Assembly (NCBI GenBank): GCA_964016885.1
Contig: OZ024741.1
Location: 158,658,001-158,722,000, forward strand
Direction of reading: 5' to 3'
Length of the DNA stretch: 64,000 bases
Source: Eledone cirrhosa
Taxonomy: Eukaryota
Below the pieces are notes generated by a model that made no database searches, was not told the DNA's origin, and saw only the letters and a list, made by a program, of their open reading frames with translations. The translations under genes were made by a program, and so were the position numbers. Of this stretch, positions 14,276-28,599 are shown piece after piece. Within the stretch, counting starts at the first letter, position 1, and each line of letters opens with the position of its first letter.

Positions 14276-14650
14276 ATACATACGCATGCATGCATATGCA
14301 TACATACATACATACACATGCATGCATATACATACATATATGCATACATACATACACATACATATGAACACACACACACACACATATATATATACAGATA
14401 TAACAAACAACTACAACAGATTGTCTTGCCTCAGAAAAATTTCTATAGACTTTTGACTGAGGAATGTTCTCACAACTGACCAATGGGATGCGAGCGTGTC
14501 CTATGACACCGAAATTCGTTTGTTCTAACTCATATGATTCCAGTTCCTCAGAGAAATAACAACACAACCAGGAACTGGACATATCGATGTATTGACGGAG
14601 TAAAACACACTTCAACAACATGTGTACCTGTCTTTCCCACACCAATTCGG

Positions 14651-14705
14651 ACAGCCTGAAGAGGTCACAGCCAATGATGGTTGTCACCGAAATATATATA
14701 GCAGT
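14651..14705 (+). ncRNA. Minimal type I hammerhead ribozyme motif (family 1)
   Basis: acagc-CTGAAGA-ggtcacagcca/tggttgtcacc (stem II)-GAAA-tatata-TA-gcagt. Stem I has one mismatch; loop III is palindromic. Confidence 0.75.
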
Positions 14706-16191
14706 ATATCTATAATTTATAATAAACGAAGCCAAATTTTACATATTTGACTTAATTATTTTATATATATATATATATTGTCATCATCATCACTATTTAA
14801 TGTCTATTTTCCATGCTTACACTACCCTTATTTCAGTCATTTGACTGTGGCTATGGCGGGGTGCCTCCTTGATTTAGCCAATCAGTTCAACAACAGTACT
14901 TATGTTTTCAAACCTGGTACTTATTTTTATCAATCTCTTTCTTCAAACTGCTAAGTTACAGGACAAACAAAGACAATGGATATATACACACATATATACA
15001 TAAAGTGTTTTCACTTTTTACACAAAGATGCGTTCATGAATGCAGCACATAAAGCAAATTCACGTAATTCAAGCCGTGTATTTCTGATAAATAAAAAAAT
15101 CATAGTGCATTATAGCGTGTTATTCATGCAAAGTGAATATTTAATCTTTTATCATTTAAACCGGCCATATCCGACCAGAATTCTCTCACCTCTTTCTGTT
15201 CAAACTGGCCGTAACCAGGTGCTCATACTTATGTTATGGTACTGTTCTCAAAATAAATATCAAAATCTCATGGATTCGATATTATGTGAGATAAAGTGTT
15301 TACTGTGAAAATACAATAGTAAATATAGAGTAATGTAAATGCTAAAGGGTTAATAATATCTTTTCAAGATGCATCAAACCGAATTCGCATACTTGTAAGT
15401 TCGTGTAAAAAGAAAACAGACTGTTTATATATATATATATATATCATCATCATCATCATCATCATCATTTTACGTCCGCTTTTCCCTGCTTGCAAGGGTA
15501 GGACGGGAACTGATTCTGGCTTGATTTCTACAGCTGGATGCCCTTCCTAACACCAACCTCATGCACAGTGAGTGCTGGGTGCTTTTTTTCCTGTGGCGCC
15601 TACACGTCCACTTTACAGTGTGGGCCAGGTGCTTTTTTGCCGTGGCACCTACACGACCACTTTGCAGTGGAATGATAGGGACCCCAGTCCTCATTTCTAC
15701 AGCTGAGTAAACTGGAGCAATGTGAAATAAAGTGTCTTGCTCAAGGAAACAACACATCACCCGGTCTGAGAATTGAACTCACAACCTTTCGATTGCAAGG
15801 CCAATGCTCTAACCACTAAGCCATGTGCCTCCTATATATATATATATATATTAGCTAAGTGCGTAACTATAATTACAGGCAGTTCACTGTTCCAAGCACT
15901 CGATGCTGTTACAAGGTCCATCTCATGTTGGCTCATATTCCAGAGTTAAGGCGGCTGCAGTGTACAGAGTGGAAATAAAAGTATGTAGGATCGAAGTCAC
16001 TATTGCAGCATATGTATAAACTTTTGGGACATATTACAATCATTTCAATAATAATCAGCCGGTCTGAGAATTGAACTCACAACCTTTTGATTGCAAGCCC
16101 AATGCTCTAACCACTAAGCCATGTGCCTCCATATATAATATTTGTTATCTATACCTATCTGTGTGTGTGTTACGTGTGTGTGTGTACGTAC

Positions 16192-16417
<226 letters not shown>

Positions 16418-17427
16418 CGTAAAATAAGAAAATTATAAAGGTAACTTACTTACTAAAATTTCACTCCCAACTAATTAGTTTCTGAAATGGAATAAATATA
16501 CTTTCCGAAAAAAATACAGAGAAGCATTTCGTTGTCAGGGAAGACTATTCTCAGCTAAGTATCCAGGCAGAGCGAGGACTCTGGAAACTTATACAAAAAT
16601 AATTCAGTGGATAGAAAATAGCAAAGCGTGGACTGAATTCCTAGCCATTGATATATATATATATATAAGCACACACAACACACACAACACACACAGATAG
16701 ATAACAAATATTTTTTATCGCTCTACATGGCTGAATACAAGAAATGTAAATCTGAGTTTTTCGAATATTAATAATGATATTTGATTCGCTTGCAATTATG
16801 CAAACAGACTCTTCAGCCATGTGAGTAGAATGACCCCGTAATTCTTGCTCTTGTTGGCATATAAACAGAACAATAGTCACTAATGTTTTTAGGTGATTAC
16901 CCTTCTTCATCAGTACCATACACTGTTAACCTGCCAACTGTCAGAGCTAGTGAAAATATGATATTTTCTGGAATATACAGTGACTGAACAGCCTAATTTG
17001 CATATTAGCAGACTGCCTGATCAGTCATGATCTGCATATTAGCAGACCCATTGATCAGCCACATTTGCATATCAGCAGATAGGCCAGTCAGTTTTATGTA
17101 CATAAGAGATTAATGGCCTGCTTCGTCAAAGTCAAATAGTTTTATGGCTCTACATGGCAAGAATGACAAGGTTGTTTTACTCATGGTTTAAGAGGCTGTT
17201 TGCATAATTGCAAGAGAATCGAATATTATTATTAATATTCGAAAAACTCAGATAGACAGATAGATATGATGGGCTCCTGCAAATTCCACTAACAATTCAC
17301 AAGGCATTGGTTAATCTGAGGCTATAATAGAAGGTTTTTGCCAAGCTGCAATGCAATAGGATTAAACCCAGAACCACATGGTAATGAAGTTAACTCCTTA
17401 AACATACAGTCATGCCAGTATCCTATT

Positions 17428-17467
<40 letters not shown>

Positions 17468-17479
17468 AGTACCACCAAT

Positions 17480-18397
17480 CTCTGGGAGGGCTCTATAGAG
17501 ACAGTAGACAGCTTCTGCTACCTAGGTGACCGAATTAGCAGCGGAGGTGGGTGTTCAGAAAGTACAATAACTAGGGTAAGAACGGGATGGAAGAAGTTTA
17601 GGGAACTACTGCCACTGCTAGCTGCAAAAGGCTTCTCCATCAAAATGAAAGGCAGACTGTATGATGCATGTATCCAAACAGCGATGTTGCATGGTAGTGA
17701 GACCTGGGCACTGAAGGTGGAAGACTTACATAGATTAGAGAGAAACGAAGCCTGCATGCTCCGATGGATGTGTAATAGTAATATATGCGAACGACAAAGC
17801 ATAAATGAATTGAGAGAGAGACTCAGCATAAGAGGAATCAAATGCTGTGTGCAGGAGAGGCGGTTGCGTTGGTATGGACATGTGATGCGTATGAAGGATG
17901 ACAGCTGCATAAAAAGGTGCAGAGCACTCGATGGAAACCGCGGAGTGGGGAGACCCAAGATGACCTGGGATGAGGTGATAAAAGCCGACCTTACCCAATT
18001 ACACCTCTCCAAGGCGATGACAAACGACCGTGACCTCTGGCGTCACGCAGTAATACAGAAGACCCGACCCCCGATGGGTACAAGCTGAAGCATATAGACA
18101 ATATGCCCCCACTCCCTCCCACTGCAAGGTGGTCGTGGAGGTGCCACGACAAAAAAGCACCCAGCCCACACTGTAAAGTGGACGTGTAGGCGCCACGGAA
18201 AAGCACCCAGCACTCACTGTAAATGAGGTTGGTGTTAGGAAGGGCATCCAGCTGTAGAAATAAAGCCAGAATTAGTTCCCGTATGAACAAGACAAGGTCA
18301 GCCGACCAGACACTGCACACAACAGGACAACCCGTCTAACCTATGTTAGCGTGGAAGAACGGACGTAAAACGGTGATGATGATGATGATGATGATGA
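17480..18397 (+). mobile_element. RTE-clade LINE, 5'-truncated, with 3' UTR and (GAT)n tail
   Basis: ORF 17645-18088: KGRLYDAC...HGSETW...MLRWM...RRLRWYGHV.R...GRPK.TW...DR..WR. Confidence 0.9.
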
Positions 18398-19636
18398 TAT
18401 ATATCATCATTTCATCATCATTTCATTTTATGTCCGCTTTTTCCCTGCTTGCAAGGGTGGGACGGAAACTGATTCTGGCTTGATTTCTACAGCTGGATGC
18501 CCTTCCTAACACCAACCTCATTTTACAGTGAGTGGTGGGTGCTTTTTTTGCCGTGGCACCTCCACGACCACTTTGCAGTGGAATGATATGGACCCCAGTC
18601 CCTATCATCTCATTTCTACAGCTGAGTAAACTGGAGCAATGTGAAATAAAGTGTCTTGCTCAAGTACACAGCACATCACCCGGTCTGAGAATTGAACTCA
18701 CAACCTTTTGATTGCAAGGCCAATGCTCTAACCACTAAGCCATGCGCCTTAAATAAACGGCAACATAAAAACAATTCATGGGGTAGCTTGAGTTAATTGA
18801 CGTGAATGATTTCAGGTCCGGCCTTGCTGTAGTAGGTATGAGTAAGGGGATAAAGATGGAATAGACGCACCGTATGTCCTTCAGTAGACTAAACCTTATG
18901 CGTAAGATGGCGCTGCCACTACCACGTTGACCATCCACTGGACATAGAAATATCATTCCTTGAAGCAAATCGGCCTAGTACTTCAAAAATTAAAAGGAGC
19001 CTAGTATTGTACACAGACAGATACACACACAAAATCGATTTTTCGGGCCCCAATATCAATTTTTTTTCAAATTTGCTCTGGCATATAAGCAACATGTGTG
19101 CCAAATTTGGTTGAAATCGGCCTAGTACTTCAAAAGTTAAAAGGAGCCTAGTATTTGTACACAGACAGATAGGCAGACACACACACAGACCGACTTCCTT
19201 TTATATATATAGATATATATATTATGTGTGTGTGTGTGTGTGTATGTCCAACCCATGCAAGCATGGAAAAGCGGATGTAAAAATGATGATGATTATGTAT
19301 AAAAGTAAGTGGGATCGAAGTCACTGTTGTAGTTTATATATAAACATTTTTGGCATATTACAAGTATTTCCATATCGAGTCGGGCTTTGGTTGTTATGAT
19401 TGTGTCCTGACTGATTATTATTGACATGATTGTAATATGTCCCAAAAGTTTATACATATGCTGCAATAGTGACTTCGATCCTACATACTTTTATTTCCAC
19501 TCTGTACACTGCAGCCGCCTTAACTCTGGAATATGAGCCAACATGAGATGGACCTTGTAACAGCATCGAGTGCTTGGAACAGTGAACTGCCTGTAATTAT
19601 AGTTACGCACTTAGCTAATATATATATATATATATA

Positions 19637-19965
19637 GGAGGCACATGGCTTAGTGGTTAGAGCATTGGCCTTGCAATCGAAAGGTTGTGAGTTCAATTCT
19701 CAGACCGGGTGATGTGTTGTTTCCTTGAGCAAGACACTTTATTTCACATTGCTCCAGTTTACTCAGCTGTAGAAATGAGATGATAGGGACTGGGGTCCCT
19801 ATCATTCCACTACAAAGTGGACGTGTAGGTACCACGGCAAAAAAACACCCAGCACTCACTGTAAATGAGGTTGGTGTTAGGAAGGGCATCCAGCTGTAGA
19901 AATCAAGCCAGAATCAGTTCCCGTCCCACCCTTGCTAGCAGGGAAAAGCGGACGTAAAATGAAAT
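19637..19965 (+). mobile_element. tRNA-derived SINE family A (copies also 15445-15832 -, 18403-18750 -, 32555-32885 +, 34436-34691 -, 37722-38166 +, 54777-55115 +)
   Basis: A box TGGCTTAGTGG, B box GAGTTCAATTC, CORE-like ccttgagcaagacactt; 3' part shared with the RTE UTR; (GAT)n-like tail. Confidence 0.88.
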
Positions 19966-20163
19966 GAAATATATATATATATATATATACCACCTGCCTC
20001 TTTGAGGTCAAATACCAACCTACTACCATCTACAAACTGACCAATGAGAATCAAGACTATTCCTGCTGACAACATCAAAGTATTCCTAACAAGCTCATAT
20101 GTCCCAAGGCTCTGATACCATCAACACTATATACACAGAGCTGGCATATCTAAGAACTGACTA

Positions 20164-20219
20164 ACTGCCTGATGAGGTCATAGCCATTCAATGGCTATCA
20201 TCGAAATATATATAGCAGT
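20164..20219 (+). ncRNA. Minimal type I hammerhead ribozyme motif (family 1), intact core
   Basis: actgc-CTGATGA-ggtcatagccat/atggctatcatc-GAAA-tatata-TA-gcagt. Perfect 5-bp stem I, G-C closing stem II, predicted cleavage after A20214. Confidence 0.85.
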
Positions 20220-20259
20220 AAATAAAGGATTATGAGTTTATGCAATTGACTTATGTTTC

Positions 20260-20314
<55 letters not shown>

Positions 20315-20715
20315 TATGTATATATAGGAAGGGCATCCAGCTGTAGAAATCAAGCCAGAATCAGTTCCCGTCCCACCCTTGCAAGCAGGGAAAAGTGGAC
20401 GTAAAATGAAATGATGGTGATGATGAAATGATATATATATATATAATTGCATCAGTGACATAAACAGGTACTCAAGTTTCGTTGGGTTCTGAGCCCCAAC
20501 TCATTCAGCATGTCATGAGAAACATCTTGAGTACCTGTTTATGTCACTGTTGTAATTATTTATACTAAACTCGTCCTATGGACTGAATGCTCTAACTCTT
20601 GGATATTTCCACTTAACTTTTACTTCAGTATACATGCATACAAACACATATATACACACACACACACATATATATGTATATATATACATACATACATACA
20701 AACACATATATACAT

Positions 20716-20746
<31 letters not shown>

Positions 20747-20753
20747 CATACAT

Positions 20754-20806
<53 letters not shown>

Positions 20807-21002
20807 CACACACATATATATATATTTATGTATTTATGCTTATACATGTATGTGTGTGTGTACGTTGTGTTGTAAATGGCAGTGAATTGAAAATCACTGA
20901 GTCCAAATTCCTGGGTACTATCGTAAGAACCATAGGATAGAAGTAACTACAGGCATTAAATATATGTATATGTGGTTATACACTGACATGCATGCATACA
21001 TA

Positions 21003-21036
<34 letters not shown>

Positions 21037-21176
21037 TCTGTGGGTCACATATAAATGCTTGAAAAACTAAGAACTAAGTGGGTTATACATGAATGAATTA
21101 GTCACCATGTGAGTGTGTGTGTGTGTATATATATGTAATATATATATTATACATATATATATACATATATATATAT

Positions 21177-21243
<67 letters not shown>

Positions 21244-23597
21244 TGCACACATTTTTACATATATATATATACACACACACACATTCATAAACACATGTCC
21301 ACACTAATAAATATGAATATACTTGCCAGTACCTTTTACATGTTTTTAGATTCTTAGAGGATTACTTTTCTTTTTCCTTAAGTAGGTGTTTGGTGATTTA
21401 TAGAATTTGCCCCCTTTTTTCACGGTAACGAAATTCTATCCTTTCCTTCCCTCAGCCCTGAGGTTCTCCCCCAAAAAACTTGGTTAATGTGTTTCTGTAG
21501 ATTTTTTTTTCTTCTAGTCCTCTTTTCTCTCCAGAATTTCTTTACAGACTTTCTCCACAGATTATTGTTATTTTGCCAGAATCATTAGAGCATTGGGCAA
21601 AATGTCTTGTGGTCTTTAGTTATGATTCTTTATATTCTGAGATCAAATCATGCAGAAGTCAACTGTGTCTTTCACCCTTCCGGGGAACAATAAAATAAAG
21701 TACCAGTCAAATACTGAGGTTTATTTAATCAACTAACCCCTCTTCCATAAAATGTTTAACCTTATGCTTATGTTAGAAATAATCATTTTAGTAGAATCAT
21801 TAGAGCCTTTGACAAAATTTCATGTGGCATTTAATTATGGTGTTTTGCATTCTGAGTTAAAATACCGCTGAGGTCAACTTTGCCTCTCATTTTTCCAGGA
21901 GTTGATAAAATAAACTAGCTGTTAAGTACTAGGGACAATTTAGTCAACCCTCTAACCACTTGGCATGCAAGGAGTACAATATCATGGATCCCAAAATGGA
22001 AAAGTGTCAGTGAGGCTGACCAAGGAATACCTGGCACTGAACATTCAAGAAAGGCCTCAGATGCACAGGAATTAGTTAGCAAATCAGTATTCATTCTGAG
22101 TTAAAATCCTGCAAAGATTAAGTTTGCTTTTCAATCCTTCAAAGTTAATAAAAAGTGTACCAGTCGAGTACTGGGAATGATTTTCCCTCTAAATATTTTT
22201 CTCATTTCCTCTCTACTATTCTCTCTCCCTTTCTGGAAGAAATCAACTGTGTTCAGATCTATGACTTCACCAGTAGATATGGATTAAAGAGAAATACATA
22301 ACTTTGGTGTCAAAGTATTAACTGTATCTATCTTAGGAAACATTCCTAAATGATTCTTTAACAGGAATTGGAAAATTTGTTAGAGTGTACAACAAATGCC
22401 TTACAGTATTTGTTTCAGATCTGCACTCTGAATTTAAATTCTAACTCAGTCAAATTTGCCTTTCATGCTAATGGAGTTGATGAAATAAAGCAGCAATCCG
22501 GATTGGTGGAATTATTAGAGTATGGGGTGAAGTGCCTTGTGATATCTGTTTCAGCTCTTTAGTTCAAATCCCATTGTGGTTTATTTGTATAGTAGATTTA
22601 TCCATCTCCCTGTTTAACACCACCATTTGACCCTTCTGTGCCTTTAGCAGAGTTCAATCTGTTGCAAGCATTCTCATTAGGTTTTCATCATCATCATTGT
22701 TATTTAACATCCATTTTCCATGCTAGCATGGGTTAGACAAGCTGTCCCATTTTGAGACAACCAGGTCGAGGGATCATGTTTTGCTCACACAGAACTGCAG
22801 TTTGAGAATATCTTCCCCCCTCACTCCCATCAGTTTAAGAGGTCCTAAGGTGATGGGCACTGCTCTTCTATTCTTGATTAACTGTTAACATCCTGTAATG
22901 ATTTAGCAGAAAATATCTAAAAATGAGTTTGATAATTGAAATATTTATAGTATCTTTAGACAGATTTTTGTGAAAATTTGCTGTAAACTAAACCAATGTC
23001 TTTAATATGATACTGTCATAGTGCTATATTTTTACTTTTCAAGAATGTTCTATTTATCCGGTTTTATGTAATACTGGATGTTCAGAGTTAAACAGTAAAA
23101 AAAAAAGCTAAGTAAAATATAGAATTAAAATACAATATGCAGATAAATAATAAAATACTTGTAGTTGATTTGAACTTAACAACCATGAACAAGTAGTCCA
23201 TTGCTATTTCCACTATTCTAAGACTTAGTAAATCAAATTTAATAACTCCTTAACTGCCAGGTGCTTGTTGAACTTTTTGTTGTGGTAATGTAAGACTATA
23301 TAAGACAGATAATAGAGAAAACTGATTGATGAGCCAAGGTTCGGAGGAAGTTTCTGTTAGCAGAGTTTAAAAATTAGTAGGACATTTTCCATGTGTGTTG
23401 GTTATGGGTGGGTTAGTATGGAATAGAGTGGGTTCATAGAACGAACACTATAGGGGAAGTAAGGGGTGGGGCAACAGATGAGAGATTGGGGATAGCTTCA
23501 TTTGTTATTTGATTAGGTTCTTTTTTTTCTTCAATTTGAGGTGGAGAAGTTGTCTTCGTAGGTACTCTGAAAAGATGTTGTTTGTATCTATGAGGTA

Positions 23598-24215
23598 CAC
23601 TCAAGCAGTTTTGAGACTTTTATCAAAGAGATATTTATTTAATTCATATCAATACAAAACCCTAGTCTCCCTCAAAGTAGGATCCTTCAAATTTAATGAA
23701 CTTGTAACACCCCAGCCAATTCTGGAAGCCCCCCCCCCTCTTGGAGTCCTCCAAAGTGAAGGTGTCCAAGGCACTTGTCACACTTGCACATCCTCAAAGT
23801 GGATACCCCTGAGCTTCTCCTTCAGCTTCAAGAACATCCAGAAGTCACAAGGGACTGTCATCCCTCACCTGATTCCTGCCCTTCTGGAACCTCTTGTGCC
23901 ACCGGAAAACAGTTGCCCGGCTTATGAAAGTTAGCCCATAAGCAGTTTTGACCATTTTATAGGTTTCTGCAGTGTTTTTGCAGAGCTTTATTGCATATTG
24001 AGCGTCCAAGTTGTCCTCATTTCCTGACTGCATTGTGGAACCAATCTGCTGTGACAAGATGTGTGTATGATGTGTAGTGTTTAAGTGCTGTAGGGGCCCA
24101 AGCTATTATCTTGAAACAAAGGTTTGGCATGTTAGTTTATTATAACCATATCAAGGTTGTATTAGAGTGTTAATTAAAAGTGCCTGAAAAGAAAGTCTCA
24201 AAACTACCTTGAGTA
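23598..24215 (-). mobile_element. Internally deleted mariner
   Basis: TIR-like ends (c)actcaag(c/gt)agttttgagacttt with TA; HTH remnant AETYKMVKTAYG...SRATVFRWHKRF. Confidence 0.75.
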
Positions 24216-24796
24216 TATGTCTGTGTTTGCATCACCTTTGTCTCCAAAACATTTTAAATTGGTGAATCTCTACCATACTGAAAATTGTGGGTTGGCATCA
24301 GGGAGAATATCCAGTAGTAGAAATTTGCATTGGATGAAGCAGAATATACCTTTTCAGCTCCTCTTAGGAGTGACAGTTAACTGAATCAACAGGGTTCCTT
24401 TTTTTCTAATACTGACCTGCACCTTCACAACAGACAATTTGCAGTCAATTGCAACCTACCAATCTCAGAAAAAAAAAGAGTTTTACTTAAAGATGTGATA
24501 TGACCTGCATTGAATTTTATTCAGTTGCATTTTATTGCTGGGTGTTTTCCCCTTTCACTTTAATTCACTTTTATTCTACTGTCTACCAGCACGATAAAAT
24601 GCAGCCAGTCCATACGGTAAAGTGATTGGTGATAGGAATAGAATCCAGTCAACCAACATGACTAGCACAAAATAAAACTTCACAACCACTTGAATTTAAA
24701 ATTTCCTCTTTGTATATTCTCTCCATCTCTCTACACTTCTGTACAGTCATATATTATATATTACATTTTTCATATTTTTCCTTCTGTCCTTCCTTT

Positions 24797-24798
<2 letters not shown>

Positions 24799-24871
<73 letters not shown>
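24799..24871. repeat. (CT)n microsatellite
   Basis: Direct reading. Confidence 0.97.
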
Positions 24872-24878
<7 letters not shown>

Positions 24879-25609
24879 CGCACACATTTGTCTATATTCA
24901 TCTTTCACATATGTAAGTACATTCAACTCATTTATATAAAAATACTGCTAAACTAACCCAATGACACATATATATATATGCCCCCACCTCGTAAGAACAC
25001 TTAATACAATGTTTATATAAACCCACTGCTAAACATTGTTACACACACATGTTTTAGTTAAGACAAGCTCTTGTTACACATACACACACATACCCAAATC
25101 AAATCAGACCCTTGTTACACACACATATACACATACATATATTAGTTAAAACATGCCCTTGGTTACATATACATATATGCATACATATATTAGTTAAATC
25201 AAGCCCTTTTCCACTCTTGAATGCTGGACCACTTGCCTACCACCTACAACCTTCTTAAAAACCTTTTTCCAAACTATGATATTCCAACCTGTTCTCTCTC
25301 TCTCTTCAAACTCTCCATTTCCTGAAGAAGTGCTGAGCCTTCCTCTACTTCCTCCTAAGCATGATACTAATGAGATTTTGTGTTTTTGCATCCCCGTGTT
25401 TGTCTTGTCATTTTTTTAACACACGCCCACACACGCAGTAATAATAATAAACACACACACACACATATAGTAATAATAATAAACACACACACACACATAT
25501 AGTAATAATAATAAATTTGAAGACTAAAATCCAAAGAGGGCTCGATAAGTTTCAGAAGATTCCGTTAAGGGTGAAAGCAGCGATTCTTTGCTTAAACTTT
25601 AATTTGTTA

Positions 25610-25655
<46 letters not shown>

Positions 25656-26329
25656 GGGGTCTATATACATATATATACACACCCCACACCTGTATTAGTT
25701 ATGTCAAACCCTTCCTAACATATACACATACACACACACCTATTAGTTAAGTAAGCACTTGTATCCCACACGCAGCCTCTATCCTACACCCAGCCTCAGC
25801 CACTTGGCCTTCCTATCCCCCTCAATTATTTGTCCCCTCCCCTCTTCACCTGAACTAAGTGGGTAGTGAAGTGACTAACTCCAAGTGAAGTTTAGCTGAC
25901 CTAATCTAAAACTTCTGCTTTACTGAAGATATTTTTCTTTTATTAAGTAATAAATATGAGTCATTATGCACATACACATGTGTGTATATGGTGTATGTGT
26001 ATACACGTGTGTGTATATGGTGTATGTGTAGAGACTATATTCTATAAACACACGTGGGTAATTTTTGACATTGTTGGTGACGATTTCCTTTTATGTTTGT
26101 GTGTGTATGTTGGATTTTTGTGCTTCATGTGTGTGTGTTTTTCTTTGGTTATATGCTGTTACAGTGTGAAATATCTATTCCAATATGTTTGTATTTACAA
26201 TCTTTTTTGAATGTGTGATTTCTCTTCTAAAATGTCTTTAATTTTTTAATGAGAGAAGACTTTACTTAATTGACTTAGAATATTTTGTTGAATTTCCAGT
26301 TATTTTCATCATTCTTCAACATATGACCC

Positions 26330-26488
26330 AACCATCTCATTCCATTTCTCTTCACAACATCCATCACTGGCTCTATTCTTGTCATTCCTCTTACCCAGTC
26401 ACTTTTATCCTTCCTCAACACATGATTCAAACATCTCTTCCATTTCTCTTCATGATATAGATGGCTCTATTCCCATCCTCTGCAATAC

Positions 26489-26526
<38 letters not shown>

Positions 26527-26800
26527 CTCATCCACTGGACCATTCTCATTTCTGTTCTAACCACCCTTCTCTGCTGCTCCACGTTCGTCATCCACGTCTC
26601 ACTCCCATAAATCATGGCACTTCTCACACATGCAACATACACCTTTCTCTTTCAATCTTTCCATCTGACTGCTCCATGTTCATCACCCATGTCTCACTCC
26701 CACAAATCATAGCATTTCTCATATATGCAGCATACGCCTTTCCCTTCAATTTCAGTCACATTCTCATTCTCATTTTCATGGCACTCAGTCTCAGGAACTG
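26330..26800 (-). mobile_element. Degenerate RTE LINE fragments
   Basis: YVACVRSAMIYGSETW...EMRMVQWM (ORF 26427-26642) plus a duplicated upstream segment. Confidence 0.7.
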
Positions 26801-28281
26801 TAGCCCCAACAGAATCTTGCCTTGTTTTACTGTTGCTGGTGGTAGTGGTGGTGGTTATTTTGGTAATCCTGGAAGGACAAAATGTAAGGTAGGACCAGGT
26901 AGGATCTGAACTCAGAATGTAGTGAGATAGAACCAAATATGTAGAAGCACAGAACGTGTTTAGGCCTCAACACTAGATAAATATTCCATATATGAGTGTA
27001 TTGGTTCTGGACAAATGAAAGATAGGGTTGGCTTATGAGAATTTAAATATCTAGTATGGTATTGTTGTTGTTGGTGGTGATGGTGATGGTAATGTTTGTA
27101 GGGATAATGGTTATAATAATAATTGTTTCTACTTTAGGCACAAGGCCAGCAATTACCCAGTACATTACTGGTACTTCATTTTATCGACCCCGTAAGGATG
27201 AAAGGCAAAGTTAAATGATGACTGGTGGTTGTGATGATGGTGATTGAGATGGTAGTAGTGAAGATGGTGGTGTTGGTGGTGATAATGGTGATTATGATGA
27301 TGATAACTTGAAAATTTGATGCATTTCTTCAACTTTTCTCAAACTTTCAAAAATGAGAAAAGCAGTTTCCATTTTGTAGAATTGCCAACCAGAAGAGAAT
27401 TCCAGTAACATAATGTTATTTTAAATCAAATTTATTATTATTATTATTATCAGGGCAGTGGATTGGCAGTATCAGTAGAGGGTTGGATGCTATGCTTTGC
27501 AGAATAGAGTTACGGCTCTTTACGGTCTGAGTTTAAATCCCTAAAAGTTAACTTTGCCTTTCATCCTTACGGGTTCGATAAAATAAAGCACCAGTAACGT
27601 ACTGGGGTCAACTTAATCGACATTTCGCTACCCCCAAATTACTGGCCTTGTGCCTATATTCATCATTATTATTATTATTAATATTATTATTATTGGTAGA
27701 GCTTCGGACATGTTTCATGGCATAGAGTTACAGCCTTTTACTTTCTTTGCTCAAATCCCACCAAGGTTAGCTTTGTCTTTCATCCTTACGGGGTCGATAA
27801 AATAAAGCATCAGTCACATGCTGGGGTCGATTTAATCGACTTTCCCCTCCCCCAAAATTGCTGGCCTTGTGTTTATATCAGAAACCATTATTATTATTAT
27901 TATTTGTTGTTGTTGTTTTTCATTTAAAATAAAAAATATTTGAATCAGGTCATCATATTACTTCTTCTCTGTATGCAACAAGTCCCCAAAGCCCCATAAA
28001 AACGGTAATGGGTACTATCCTTCTTACTCTGACTCTATTGAGTCTTTCAAACTGACTCTAATAGTCCTAATTTGATGATAAAATTAAAGAGTTATAATGA
28101 TCATTACAACTAATGATTTCCCTATCCTCTGAAATATATCAAGAATTTCAGCCTAGATGAAAAGAAACCAATATCAATGGAAAAAAAAAGAAGAATGAAA
28201 TAAAATTCACTGCTCACACTTATATAAGTGTAGCTGGCTTCCTACATAATTGCATCTTGTAGGCGGTTTCTTGGGTGTTTG

Positions 28282-28599
28282 CAAGGGCCTTGTTTCAGGG
28301 GTGGGGTGGGGGGAACCAGGACCCCCCCCCCCCCCCACACACACACGCACTTTTTCAAACGTCTATATTTTATTTTTTGTTTATTTGATATAATAAATTC
28401 TTTTTAAGCTTATTTTTTTATATCTGAACTTCATCATCATCATCATTTTCATTTGAATATATAAAATTTAATTAGCGTAAAATGTTATTTATGTGATAGG
28501 GTCCGGGAAAGGCACCATAAGCAATACTAACATGTTCATTTAAGAATCAACAAATGTTGGTTTGTCCCCCTCACATTTTTAAGGCAAACGAGGCCCCTG
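28282..28599. mobile_element. hAT-type MITE
   Basis: TIRs caagggccttgttt / aaacgaggcccctg; 8-bp TSD GGTGTTTG. Confidence 0.75.

Noticed and set aside
19637-19710. tRNA gene
   Set aside because: A and B boxes are present but run into a SINE body repeated many times in the window; no complete acceptor stem.
25515-25615. Hammerhead in the short repeat also at 31398-31470 and 35490-35570
   Set aside because: The core reads CAGAAGA and stem III/UH cannot be formed convincingly; the repeat remains unclassified.
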